Positions 23,850 to 35,300 of a stretch of DNA of 64,000 nucleotides are shown here, piece by piece. This stretch comes from Botryllus schlosseri (taxonomy: Eukaryota): the NCBI GenBank assembly GCA_051294905.1, contig CM119374.1:22258001-22322000 (forward strand). The letters run 5' to 3'. The first letter of the stretch is position 1, and every line of letters starts with the position of its first letter. The notes below the pieces were generated by a model. It was not told where the DNA came from and searched no databases. It saw nothing but the letters and a program-made list of their open reading frames with translations. A program made the translations under genes and the position numbers.

Positions 23850-24010
23850 TGACATTTCAAAACTACAGACAGTGGAAATAGAAAATGAAAGTTTGAAAAG
23901 TAGTCACGTAAGCAATTTTAAAAAGTATATTTGATGGGTCACACACTTTTAGCAGTTAATCGGATGTGACTGCTTTTGAAATTGCTATGCGCATCTTTGG
24001 GACCAACGCA
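23850..24010. repeat. Dispersed repeat, also present at ~50370-50500 (boundaries approximate)
   Basis: Shared ACTTTTAGCAGTTAATCGGA and flanking similarity. Confidence 0.55.
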
Positions 24011-24268
24011 AAATGATCAATGACCCTGGTTGCAATTTTCAAAAATATATTCAGTTACCGTGATACAGTGGCCATTTCAACACGCCGTTATGACTACTTC
24101 ACTCATAAACGTCATGGAAACATATCCCAATACTACTTTCAACTTTACTAAATTCAGTCAAAAACCTTTAGTAGTCTGAATACATAACCACATGTGTAAG
24201 TAGCGCAAGTATAGGCAAAGCCTACTTCAGTACTGGGAAAAAAGTACTTAGTAGCTGACCCCCTACTG

Positions 24269-24885
24269 CAGTGGTTCCCAACCGGGGGCGAATTCCCGCC
24301 TTTGGCAGGAATTTTGAAATTTTTAGGGGGGAGTCTGGCTTCAGAACTGTATCGGAAGATACATTGGGTTCACATGGTTTTGGAGATTTTTATGGTAGAA
24401 CGGTTAAGTATGAAACTAGCTATTTACTACTGTATCTTTCTTGGGGCAGATAATTAGCTAGATGTATGTTCAAATGCCTTCCATAGCAATTCCATCCCTG
24501 ATAAAGTGAGACTCGCGAGACGATTTCATTAGGCCCGCGACAGCCTCTTGATCAAATTGCTAATAAGCAGGAAAAAGTCATGACGAATTCGCAAGGTCGC
24601 TGGTGAAAATGTTTACCATTTTAAGCCAACATCTGAGCTAACGTGAAAAACATACGAAATTCATCGATTCAATTCAAGGCCATCGCAAGCGCACTTGGTT
24701 ATTAACTATCCGTCAGGAGCTACCCAGCCGGTTTAAAAAAACAGGACAAATCTGGCGCAATGTTGTCGCAGAGGAAAGTGACAACCAAATTTAATTTTAG
24801 TCACAGGCAACTTTTTCGTAGGGGAGGATGTTAGCTCAAATATCGGACACGGAGTCCACGAGACGAAAAAGGTTGGGAACCACTG
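24269..24885. mobile_element. hAT (Charlie-like) MITE
   Basis: TIR CAGTGGTTCCCAACC at both ends; TSD not preserved. Confidence 0.75.
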
Positions 24886-24944
24886 ACCGTCTGTCTGGTT
24901 TCATATGAAGTGGCTGCAATTGTTCTTACTTGTAAGCAGCACGT

Positions 24945-25213
24945 GGCGAGATAGCGTAGTGGTATAATCCACAGCTACAACACCAATAGGTTGCGGGCTC
25001 AAGTCCGACCAAGGTCGACTGCAGCGTGTTGGAGCTTTATCTAGGCTCCTCCTCGCCAACTCATCCGTGTGAGCGGTGTCTTATAAGAAGTCAAGAAGTG
25101 GGCCGTGCTACAAGTCAGCAGCTACGGAGTAATAATGAAGAAAATTGGCCTGGTGTAAATGACCAATGACCATAGTAGTCGACAAACACCATGAATACAT
25201 AAAACAAACAAAC
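24945..25213 (+). mobile_element. tRNA-derived SINE
   Basis: A-box-like TAGCGTAGTGG, B-box-like GGGCTCAAGTCC, core GTGGGCCGTGCTACAAGTC, and (AAAC)n tail. Related pieces at ~16470-16590, ~41385-41480, ~44325-44375 and 46605-46750. Confidence 0.7.
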
Positions 25214-25396
25214 GTGCATACAGCAATGTACAGCATGCAATTGGCTCGCTCGTTGTCGGCGAATATAAATGACTGTAAGTTTAAGCAATTCTCTGTTCAC
25301 ATTTAATTCTGTTATAGATATCACGACAGGGTGTTTGCGACATGAAAGTTTCCTGCACCCACCTGGATTTGAATTAGTTCATGGTTATTATCATTC

Positions 25397-25418
25397 TTTC
25401 TCTCTCTCTCTCTCTCTC
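25397..25418. repeat. (CT)n microsatellite
   Basis: Direct reading of the sequence. Confidence 0.85.
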
Positions 25419-26356
25419 CATTTATCGCTATCTCCTGCTGATATTTCCTTCTCTCCTATTACGCATCTCGAATACTGACAGGTATTTTTTCGCGCACCGG
25501 CCATCACGTATTCGTAGTCTGTATTTCCAGTAGCTAAGCGAGCATTCAGCGGATAATCAGAACCCTCATCTCTGAAGTTGAAACATTTGCAATATGTAAA
25601 AGAGCAATAGCCTCACTTGCGGCATGGACTTCGTTGGATTAAGCGCTGTGACGATTCCTGCGAGCGTGACTACAAGCACAGGCGAAGACTATTGGGCTGT
25701 TGCTAACAGTCTCAGTGACACTCAGACGCGAAGCATGGTTTTCAATTATGCAACCGCTTCAGCCAACTGGTAATCGGGAATTTATATACCGATGTATGAG
25801 TATGGAATACTTTCAGCACTGAATGCAGAGGGTTACTAAGGAGAGTATTGGAAGTGACGAGTAATAAAGTTCTTATAAATTTTCGGAGTACTGAAGTAGT
25901 TTGACTACTTGTTACTCAAATGGATATGCTTTTAGACTATTTCCACTTATATTTGCCGGTTTTTAAGCTAAACTATTTACTTTTATACGCTTTGGATTTT
26001 ATTAAGTAGAAAGTGGGTGTGGATGGGTTTGCACCACTTTTACGAGTTAAATCGTCACGACAACAGCACGGAATTGCTACGGTATAATGGGGACTGAATA
26101 TTTGCATACTCGCCGACATTTGTATTGTCATTGGAAATTTTGTGTTAGTTGCGATGTTACAATTGTAAAGTAACCTTCTCTCATCGACTGCAAAAGGGAT
26201 GCGAAGTCACGATCAAATCTATTTTGTGAAAATACTAATTTGACTTCGTTTGAGACATGTTTTGGACATCGCTACTCAGAGGTAAGATTCCGACTTCTCC
26301 ACCGAACTCCTGTGTATCTGCGCTGCCATGATAGCTCTTTGTCCGCCAAGTTACGA

Positions 26357-29300
26357 ATGCAGCATGTAGCGCATGGTCTCAACTACCTTACAGAACCTTT
26401 TCTCACTTCCAAATCTCCACCTCTTTTTCCGTACCAATCGATCTCAGCCAATAACGATACAAGAAAGGTCCGGTGAAGTGTGGGACGACACTATATAGCC
26501 ATAGTTTCTTCCTGACGACGGAATCTCATCGAGACAACATGATTAGAAGCTGAGGATTGTGAAACTGGGTCCGTTTGATATCATCCCTTAGTACCCATCT
26601 CCGCAAGGAATTGTATTTAAACTTGATAGAAATAGTGGTCGTATAGTGCTTAATAGCAAGCAGACAAACCAAACGACGTTAATTTCTAATCAATTGCAAG
26701 TAGGCCTATAAATAGAGATTTCCGTGACATGTCAGAACTACTTTTAGTGGAAGCAGAATATGAAGGTCTGTTCAAGTTAGTGGTGAAGGAGTCGCATTCA
26801 TTTAGAAGTAAATTTTCGGCAGCTACTTAATAAATCACAGGGTGCATCTACGTCACTAGCATAGTATACCTCTTGTGGAGTTACCATATTTTGGACTACG
26901 GAAAGAAGGACACTTTTTCAAAATCAGAAAAGTTAGTTTACCGACGCTGAAAACGGCTGATTTTGAAATAGTTACTGGAAATCGTGTTGTGTAGATTAAA
27001 AATGGGTCATCACGTTGACTCGACCGACGCATTACCTTTTTTTACGAGACTTCTGTCGTGATGACTAACAAATTAATAAAAAAAGTCATCACTCCGATTC
27101 GACTCCCAAATGACCGGATCGAAAGTCCGCATTACCTATTTCACGACATTTAAACCAATATTCAGTAGACCCTGTCCATTAGCCTATCTGTAAAAGCTGC
27201 AAAGGAAAACGAATTTCCAAAAATTAGGACATTTAGGCGTCCTCGTAGGACATTTTCAATTTCCTGAACCTTGAGGACAAATCCTCCTGAAAGAGGACGC
27301 ATAGTAACCCTACCTAACGACACCACAGATAGGTACAATTTTGGCGATTGTTTTCATAACCGCGATACGGGAGCTATCTCATCCCGTTCTTATGTCAATT
27401 TCACTCACAAAATGATGCAAACATATCTCAAAACTACTTTAAACTTTACAAGATCTAAAGTGGAAAAAGCAAGTACTTTAACCTGAAAACTGTTACGTAG
27501 AAGAGAATTGAAAAGACTAATACTTCGTTACTGACGACCACCTCTGAATCTATTAACAATAGTTATCTGAAAACGAAATTTACTTTGCTTTTTGTCGCAA
27601 ATGTAACAGTTGTTATTCTAGGTCGGTGTCACTGAAACCTGCAGAAGAAGCGATCACCCGTCTCCGAAGTGTGACGGCTGGCGTTATCATACCGGTTATC
27701 TATTCCGTACTGTTTTTGCTTGGCGCTGCCGGCAATTCAATGGTGATCTACTACACGTTCATCAAGGACGGCTTATCTGAACAGGCGGTAGGTGAGAAGA
27801 AGTATTTATTAGTTCTGCGCCGCATCAATTAACCGCTAGCGAATTTCAAAGCATTCGAGCTTCCTATATCTAATTTATAGGTAATATTCCTGTGATGGCT
27901 CATAACGATATTTTCGCCAAACAAAATTCGGAACCAATACCCATTTACTGGGTTAACAGCGAATTTAATTAACGGGAGAGGAATGCAGTGTGTAGCAGCG
28001 GTCCCCCAACTATATTCTTGTTGTTCCTAAGGCTTATCAACGCTAGCGGCTCCCTAATTAATTACAAATTTTGAAATTATCGACACAGTACCACATGGTA
28101 TTACAAACTTCTATTTGCTCAAAATGCATATTACCGAAATCATTTGACGGACGCATCTCGCGATGTTAATTTATTGTGGTAGCCCAAATAGATTGATTAC
28201 CGCTACCGGCTTATAGCTTAATTTTGCGAGAATACGGACAGATACACTCGCTGTAGAAATTCAAACTGAGCTGATTTGAGTAAATGGTAGGATTGTAAAA
28301 AATATGATTCCCAAGGTAAGATCTGTAGAGAGATGACAAATCACATTTAGATTGTCCCAAATTGTACTATATAAATATATTTCACAAAAGGTGATATGAG
28401 AGCTACCTAAACACATCTTTACATCAACCACATCGGTATTTTACAGGAGAGCATGTCAAATCGAGAGTATAAATAGGATCGTAATGGTGGAAAACGATGA
28501 TATTTTTCGTTATTTATTATCAGATCAATTTTGTACAACTTCCATTTTCATTGGGGCATTTTTTTTCTAGAATTGATATATTTAACTGTCTCAATATTTT
28601 TCAAAATATCACGGCCATAAGCCTATTTGGTCAGAAGAACGCACCAATGAGTCTGGTATTGGCAACTGGTATGGTATTGGCCACGGTGACACTTTTTAGG
28701 TTTTATGACTTAATAAAATGAAAGCGCAAAACCTTAAATGAGAAAGAGGAGACTTGCATTTCAACGTGGGGCAATAGTGCTACATTGAATGCATCAATGG
28801 GTCTGTTCTGTGTGTTCATGCGCTGTACCGTCCCAATACGTAACAGTAAATCGTGAATTTGAAAAATGCCCCTGTCTCCCCAGAGCTCCACGAAGCCCAG
28901 TTGAAGAATCGTTGCTGTATAGCCAAAATTAGCGAGCGCCCTTCCAAGTTGTTGTCAGCGTAAATACATCATAAGTTATCTTGAAAACCGGATATCATCC
29001 ATTGCTTTTACTCTTCCAGATCGATATTTACATCGGCAACCTCGCTGTCGCAGATCTTCTATTGATAATGACTGTCCCGTGTTGGGGACTAACGCACATT
29101 CTTAATGGAGATTGGATGTTTGGAGACATAGGGTATGTTAAACATTCCATTCTCCCTGCGCGAGATCACCGATACTGATTTAACATCTTGTTGCTGCGCT
29201 AATTTACTGTTGCTTATTCCCGATTAAAAGCGGTTATTGATTTTGCGCCTCTATAATGTCGCCTTGCTTATTCGCTACTACACGGACCCGTTATGTTTGC

Positions 29301-32300
29301 ATGGTGATAATTGGAATATATTCACAAGACACAGCTTAGGAAAACTGAATTTCATGGAGGCTTTGCGTGCCTAATTCCCTTGCGGCTTTATGGTGAGCGT
29401 GTGTCGGTATGCGAGCCTTGACTTTAATTGTAATGGGTTCGATGTGGATAAGAGCAATAAGCATGAATAAAATACAGTAGATTTAGATGTTTAGCCGCAT
29501 TTAAAGTGGGTTTTTATTTTCCATTGGGGTGGGTAATTTTAAGGGACTCCGTGTGTTCCAGCAGCTTTAAATCTATAATGAGTGCATACTGCACGAATCT
29601 GCTGGGATTTAGACGAAATATGGATAGGATTAGATATTTAGATTCATAAATAGGCTATGTATGTTCAATAAGGATCATTCATTGTATGTGAAAACATCCA
29701 ATGCACTCAAATTCAATCACAAGGCTTTCATAAGATTATAATGCCAACTGTGGCTTCACGTTAATTATATATTCTACAATGATTTCTTGCATTTGCCTGT
29801 TTGGTGTAACGAAATACAAGTGGCTTCTGTAAGATATATACAGCCAGAGATCAATATGTAATAGTGTCCACTGTCCATTGATATATAGAGCTTCACACAA
29901 CCAATTCGGTGTCGTGTTTGAATGTGTGAGGTACGACTGAGATTGTGATGTAATATATTGTATATCTATATCACCAATCATCCGATAGAGTGAAGGATAA
30001 CTCCTGTTACATCCATCAAACCAATATTTTGTAATTCACAAAAGAATTGTGTATTCACTAGATGCAAAAGCACTCCATTTTCCGTACAAGCTCTCGCCAG
30101 TAATCAATCAAAGTCTGGAATCTCTTCAAACCTAAATAATTAAGTATACACGTACGATATCGGTGAGATTTCGTTATTTTTCAACGTTCCCCAAGTGTAC
30201 GTTTTAACTACATTCGGTTCAACGCCACAGAGTATCATTATCGATATACCTATTACAAAGGTTTTCGTGAATTAGAGAAATTGTGGCCGTGAAATGAATT
30301 GCGGAAATGCAGAATTCCTCACATACTATGATATCCTCAGAGTGAGGCATGAGTTGTCGAGAATAAGACATACCTTTATATTCTATACCCCAACAGATGT
30401 GTTGCATAACATATGTAAATCTAACAGTTACCAAACGAGATAACATCTCGCGATCGTAACAGATATCAGCGAAATTGCATAAACTTGAGAATCCTTTTTC
30501 CTAGTTTTCCCCGGGATATTGCCAAAATCTACAATTGTGACGTTTGCTGTTGTAACCGTGTGCATTGTGCGTCACCTGTAACCATATACCCCCGCAATTT
30601 TGAACATATTTGTATCGCTGGGGTTGTATTATGCTAAAATGGAAGGGTGTCACAAAATAGACGTGGTCCCCGTTTGCTTTGTCATTGTATCGCAAATCTC
30701 AGTTAGTGTAACTATAACCACCTCTTTACCAAACTTTATATCATTAGTAGGGCAATTTTTTGCAACTTTTGTAACTCTTTTTTACATTCCGGCAGATTCC
30801 TATAGATATTCGGAATTTATGTACCATAATGTTTTACGTTATTAGTAGGGATTTTATATTGCAACTTTTTGCGACACGTAGAGTAGCTTTTCCATTTTAA
30901 TCAAACATGATGTTTGAAACCACAAAGGGTAAATTTGGATTTGAATTGAAAGGAAACCGGCCTTGGTGAAGATTTTGGTCTCATGTTAAATTTCTCTAAC
31001 TGGTTTCAGGATTTCGATTTGGACCTGAAACATTTCATTTTCTTGAATTTCAATGTCATATTTTAGTTGATTTGATTACGATTAGGTTAGGATTGTGATT
31101 CAAAAACACGAAAATTCAGACCACCACCACTGGTTTCCTTATATTGGTGTAGGTCGCGTAACCATTACCATGAGACTGCAGTATATGGTATGTGTTGGGA
31201 TAATAATACAGGTATCCGGGATGAAAGGAGTGTAGGGTATTAGGATTCTGGTGGATACTTATTCTGGCGTGACTTCAGTAGCTTTCAGGCTCATTATGAC
31301 ATCGTTAACATAGATGACATCGCAATATCCTGGTCGGTATTCCAGAGAAAATGATAGATTTTTCATTGAGTAAACAGCGGGAATTACAGCACCGGGCATA
31401 GCGTAAACACGCCTGCCGTATTAACATTTTGTTCAGGTGTAAACTGATGAGTTTCCTGCTACACATAAACATGTTCTCGAGTATCTTCATAATTGCGGCA
31501 ATGGCTGTCAACAGATATCAAGTCGTCGTTTCGGGTAAGTTTGATCCTGCGTATAGATCAATTTACCATCAGCAGTTGAATTCGCGAGATAACATAAGTG
31601 ATTCATGATATTCCACGCGTCTCTTGCAATGTGATTCGTCGTCACTGGTGTAGTTTTCGGTATGAAATATACATAGGCAATTCCATAACTGTCGCACTTA
31701 AGGCCCAAACGAGATTGAACATTATTTCGCCTCAATATTCTAAGTCAAAATGTTATACAGTGGGATGTTTTAATAACGGCGACGGGGCTAATTAGGCGTC
31801 AGAAATGGCTACTGTTTGATGAATTTCTGCTAAAGGTCGATATACTTATATGTGGAAAGTCATTTGTGAAACAGCGAAGTTTGTTCTCTCAAGGGTAACT
31901 ATGTAGATATGGTACATCCGACATCTTTCCATCAGGCTGGCCATAGTCGTATGTAAAATTCGAAGACACGCCAGTGCAAAGTCCGCACAAACATACGCGC
32001 TGGTCTTGGTATAATATGCTTTCATCAATATGAAATCAGAAATAAATAATTCATATATTCTGAAACTTTGATGTATATACTGGGAGATTTATAATGGCAT
32101 ATAACTATCGTTATTTGTACCTCAACAATATATATATGCGCAGGCGCGTTGCGGAACACAGCCAAGCCAAAGAGAAAATGGGACACGATACGGTATTGCG
32201 TCATAATTTGGCTTACATCGTGCGTGCTCTCTACGCATACGCTATTTCTACGAAAAACCATGCCGCGCAAAAATCGGAACCTATGCAGGTAAGGTGTGCG

Positions 32301-35300
32301 TTCAAGATTCCAAACGCGGACATTATCAATTTCACTATACTTTTCAGTTGGGACTATCCCGACGACACCGCGGCATTTTGGTGGATTGAACATATGATAT
32401 CGCGCAATCTTGTAGCTTTCGTCATACCGTTGACAGTCATTTCGTTTTGCTACTGGAAAATCGTGGCGAAAGTGAAACACCACTCGTTCAAGGGTCGGAC
32501 GGCGGCCGGGCGCAGCAGCGTGAAGAGGGTTCGTTATAAAAAAAAATGTGAAATTGTATCGATATACTACGAGTCGTTCGCTTCTACGCCGCAGGCCCGG
32601 CACGTCACCCGGACAGTGTCGGTTTTCGTGGTTACTTTCGTGATATGCTGGCTTCCGAATCAGTTGTCGAATTTTCTTCAGAGCTTATGGCACTTTCGGT
32701 AAGTGAATGTAAACGTAAACGACTTCAGTGAAAAATTGATATTTTGTTTCCGATCTGAAAGTCGACCTCTATTTCGCGTTTCCGATAAATAATTGAATAT
32801 CTGAGACTCCCTGACAGGCTATAATGTCTTGATGGAAATTGGCAACATACGTAGGCTGTGTTCATAATACATCATTCTGTTGGAAATTTATTCAGATGCA
32901 TGTTTATAGGGAATCTATGTTTTGAAACGTATGCTTATTTTACACGTTTGATCGAGAATCGTTGTCCCCACCCCAACCCCGCTTCTGACAACCTACCTAC
33001 CGTGGGTATCGGTAACTAAAGCCCCACCCATCGTTATTGTTTTCGTTACGCCTAAATCCACGCTCTTACTACAATTTGCTTTCTTTACACAGCTTTTAGG
33101 AATGATATACGAGACGATAAACATCTAAAGCAGTGGTTCCCAACCTATTTCGAATAATCGCCCCTTATCAAGCTCGACACAAATTCTCGCCCCCCAATAT
33201 TTACGGATCGAAAAAAGAGGAAAATACGGGAAATTTATTCACCTAAAATTGATCGCTGGTGAATTGACTAAAAATAAGGTCATTTTCCCAGTAGCTGATC
33301 TGAAAACCGGTTTGCCCGTCCATTTTCAGTTTAGTTATGCATATGGCGATGTTTTTACCTAAAAAGAGAAGATTTTCACCTAAAAATCACAATTTTGACA
33401 TTTTTTGACCTTAAAAATCTTAATATATCAAAATTTTGACCTCATGTATGTAAATTAGGTGTTTTCCCGCATAATGTTAGAATTGTACTACTTATCTTCA
33501 TTTCTGGTTGGATATGTCTGTCCTTTCAAAGTAGTTTGGCCTGAAAACTTAGCTGACTTGGAAACTGACAAATTTTTACATGAAAAATCTTAATTTTAAC
33601 GAAATCTGGACCTACGAAGAATTCCAGTGGTTACATCACGCATTATGCTAGAAATAATTAAAATTTGTTGTAGTACAACGAAAGACACTTTCTTACATTC
33701 TTGGGAAGAAAGTGTCTGTCCTTACTAAGCAGCTTGCCAAGAATGGAGAAAGAACGTTCAACAGCAGCAGTTGCTGGCTGGCAACGCTGAAGTTGTGCGT
33801 ACATTGCGTGTTGCTTCATTCTGACAATGTTCTCTAGATCACATATTTTCATCGTGCGCTTCTTGGTATAAGAACCAATGCCCATACAGTTTCGCTCCAG
33901 TTAGGATATTGCGGTGCGTTGACCATAACACCATGTCAACCTAGTTGTTTCATTTGTCCGTTTATGATTCACAATTAGCAGATAATGTGGCGTCTACAAC
34001 GGTGGGCCTATAAAGTAGGCTAAAAGCTGTAAAATGTCGTATGATAATCCCACCGACAGTGCAAACATATACGATACAAACGAAATGCAGGTGGCAAATT
34101 TTTTTTGACTTGGTAAACAATTTTGGTAATAGTTTGACTAAACGCTACAAATTTGAATAAATATTTTGACATGTTAAAAACGTTGCTCTAGAATGACCTT
34201 TTTTAGTCAACTTTCGTGTCGTATGCAGAATAAGCCGTCGTCACATATATTTTCGACCGTGCTAATTAAATATATATCACAGGACTTTCTAACATTCCCC
34301 CGATCGCCCCCAATCATCCGTTGGTATTTTCACCCTTATGTTTCTCAAAATCACCCCCAGTGGGTGATATCGCCCACGTTGGTAATCACTGATCTAAAAC
34401 AAAACATTAAAATTATATGTAATTGAATAAATCAAATTGGAAATTATTAAACTAAAATCTTTCAAATATTAACACATCATTCAATTGTTCATTAAAGTTT
34501 TAAGCCTTGAAAGTCTCTTCAAATTATATGTAAAAGTGAGTAATGTGAATGCAGTGGAGTTTTTGTTACTTTATTGCGCCTACACTAACGGGTCTAAATC
34601 AACAGAAGGAACCGCGGTTATGAGTTTACTATCCCGTCGCTGATGATAAACTGTTTCGACCCTAAAGTCAACGTTTTCCATAAAAGCACAAGCCATTGTT
34701 CACGTTCTAAAATGGATTTGCCAGAATGGCTCAAATCAGCAAAGATATATCGGATTCTCTCAGACAGCCTGCTGCGCGTACTATCCGCTATATGGCGAAT
34801 TTGCAGTCACTGCGAACGCAGAATGTTATATTTGAATGTGGCCGCTCGCTGAATCAAACGTTTCGAAAAGGGCCATCGTGGTCCTTGACTGGGTACCGGG
34901 ACACGATGATGTCAGTGGTGACGAGTTGGTCGACAAAATGACTTGTCAAGCTGTCAGGACCGAGAGCGAAAATCCCCTTCCTCTGACATTTCCGAGTGAA
35001 ATTCGCCATATTGAGGCGAAAGCCAAAGTACTACAATACCGTAGAGCAGTGGTCGGGAACCTATGACTCGCGAGCCAGATATGGCTCTTCTGGGTATAAG
35101 ATATGGCTCCTTGAGAAATTTTTAATTTTGTACTTTTGTACAATATTCCAGCAACTTCTTAGCAAATTTTCATGAAGGCTACAATAATTATTGTGGTGGC
35201 AGCATAAACATGTCTTTGAGAGGTCAAGACATTGGCGTGTCGAGGGTTAGGGGCTCGTAGCGCCCTTTTTTCAACATCCCTAAATTCAAGTTGCTGTCGC

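Noticed and set aside
24945-25020. Possible tRNA gene
   Set aside because: It has A/B-box-like motifs but no convincing cloverleaf, and it continues into a repeated core and AAAC tail found in several copies, so it is a SINE head.
32025-32702. ORFs 32094-32702 (+) and 32025-32603 (-) as standalone proteins
   Set aside because: The plus ORF is intron and out-of-frame sequence until 32348; the TM4 exon is in another frame. The minus ORF is its shadow.
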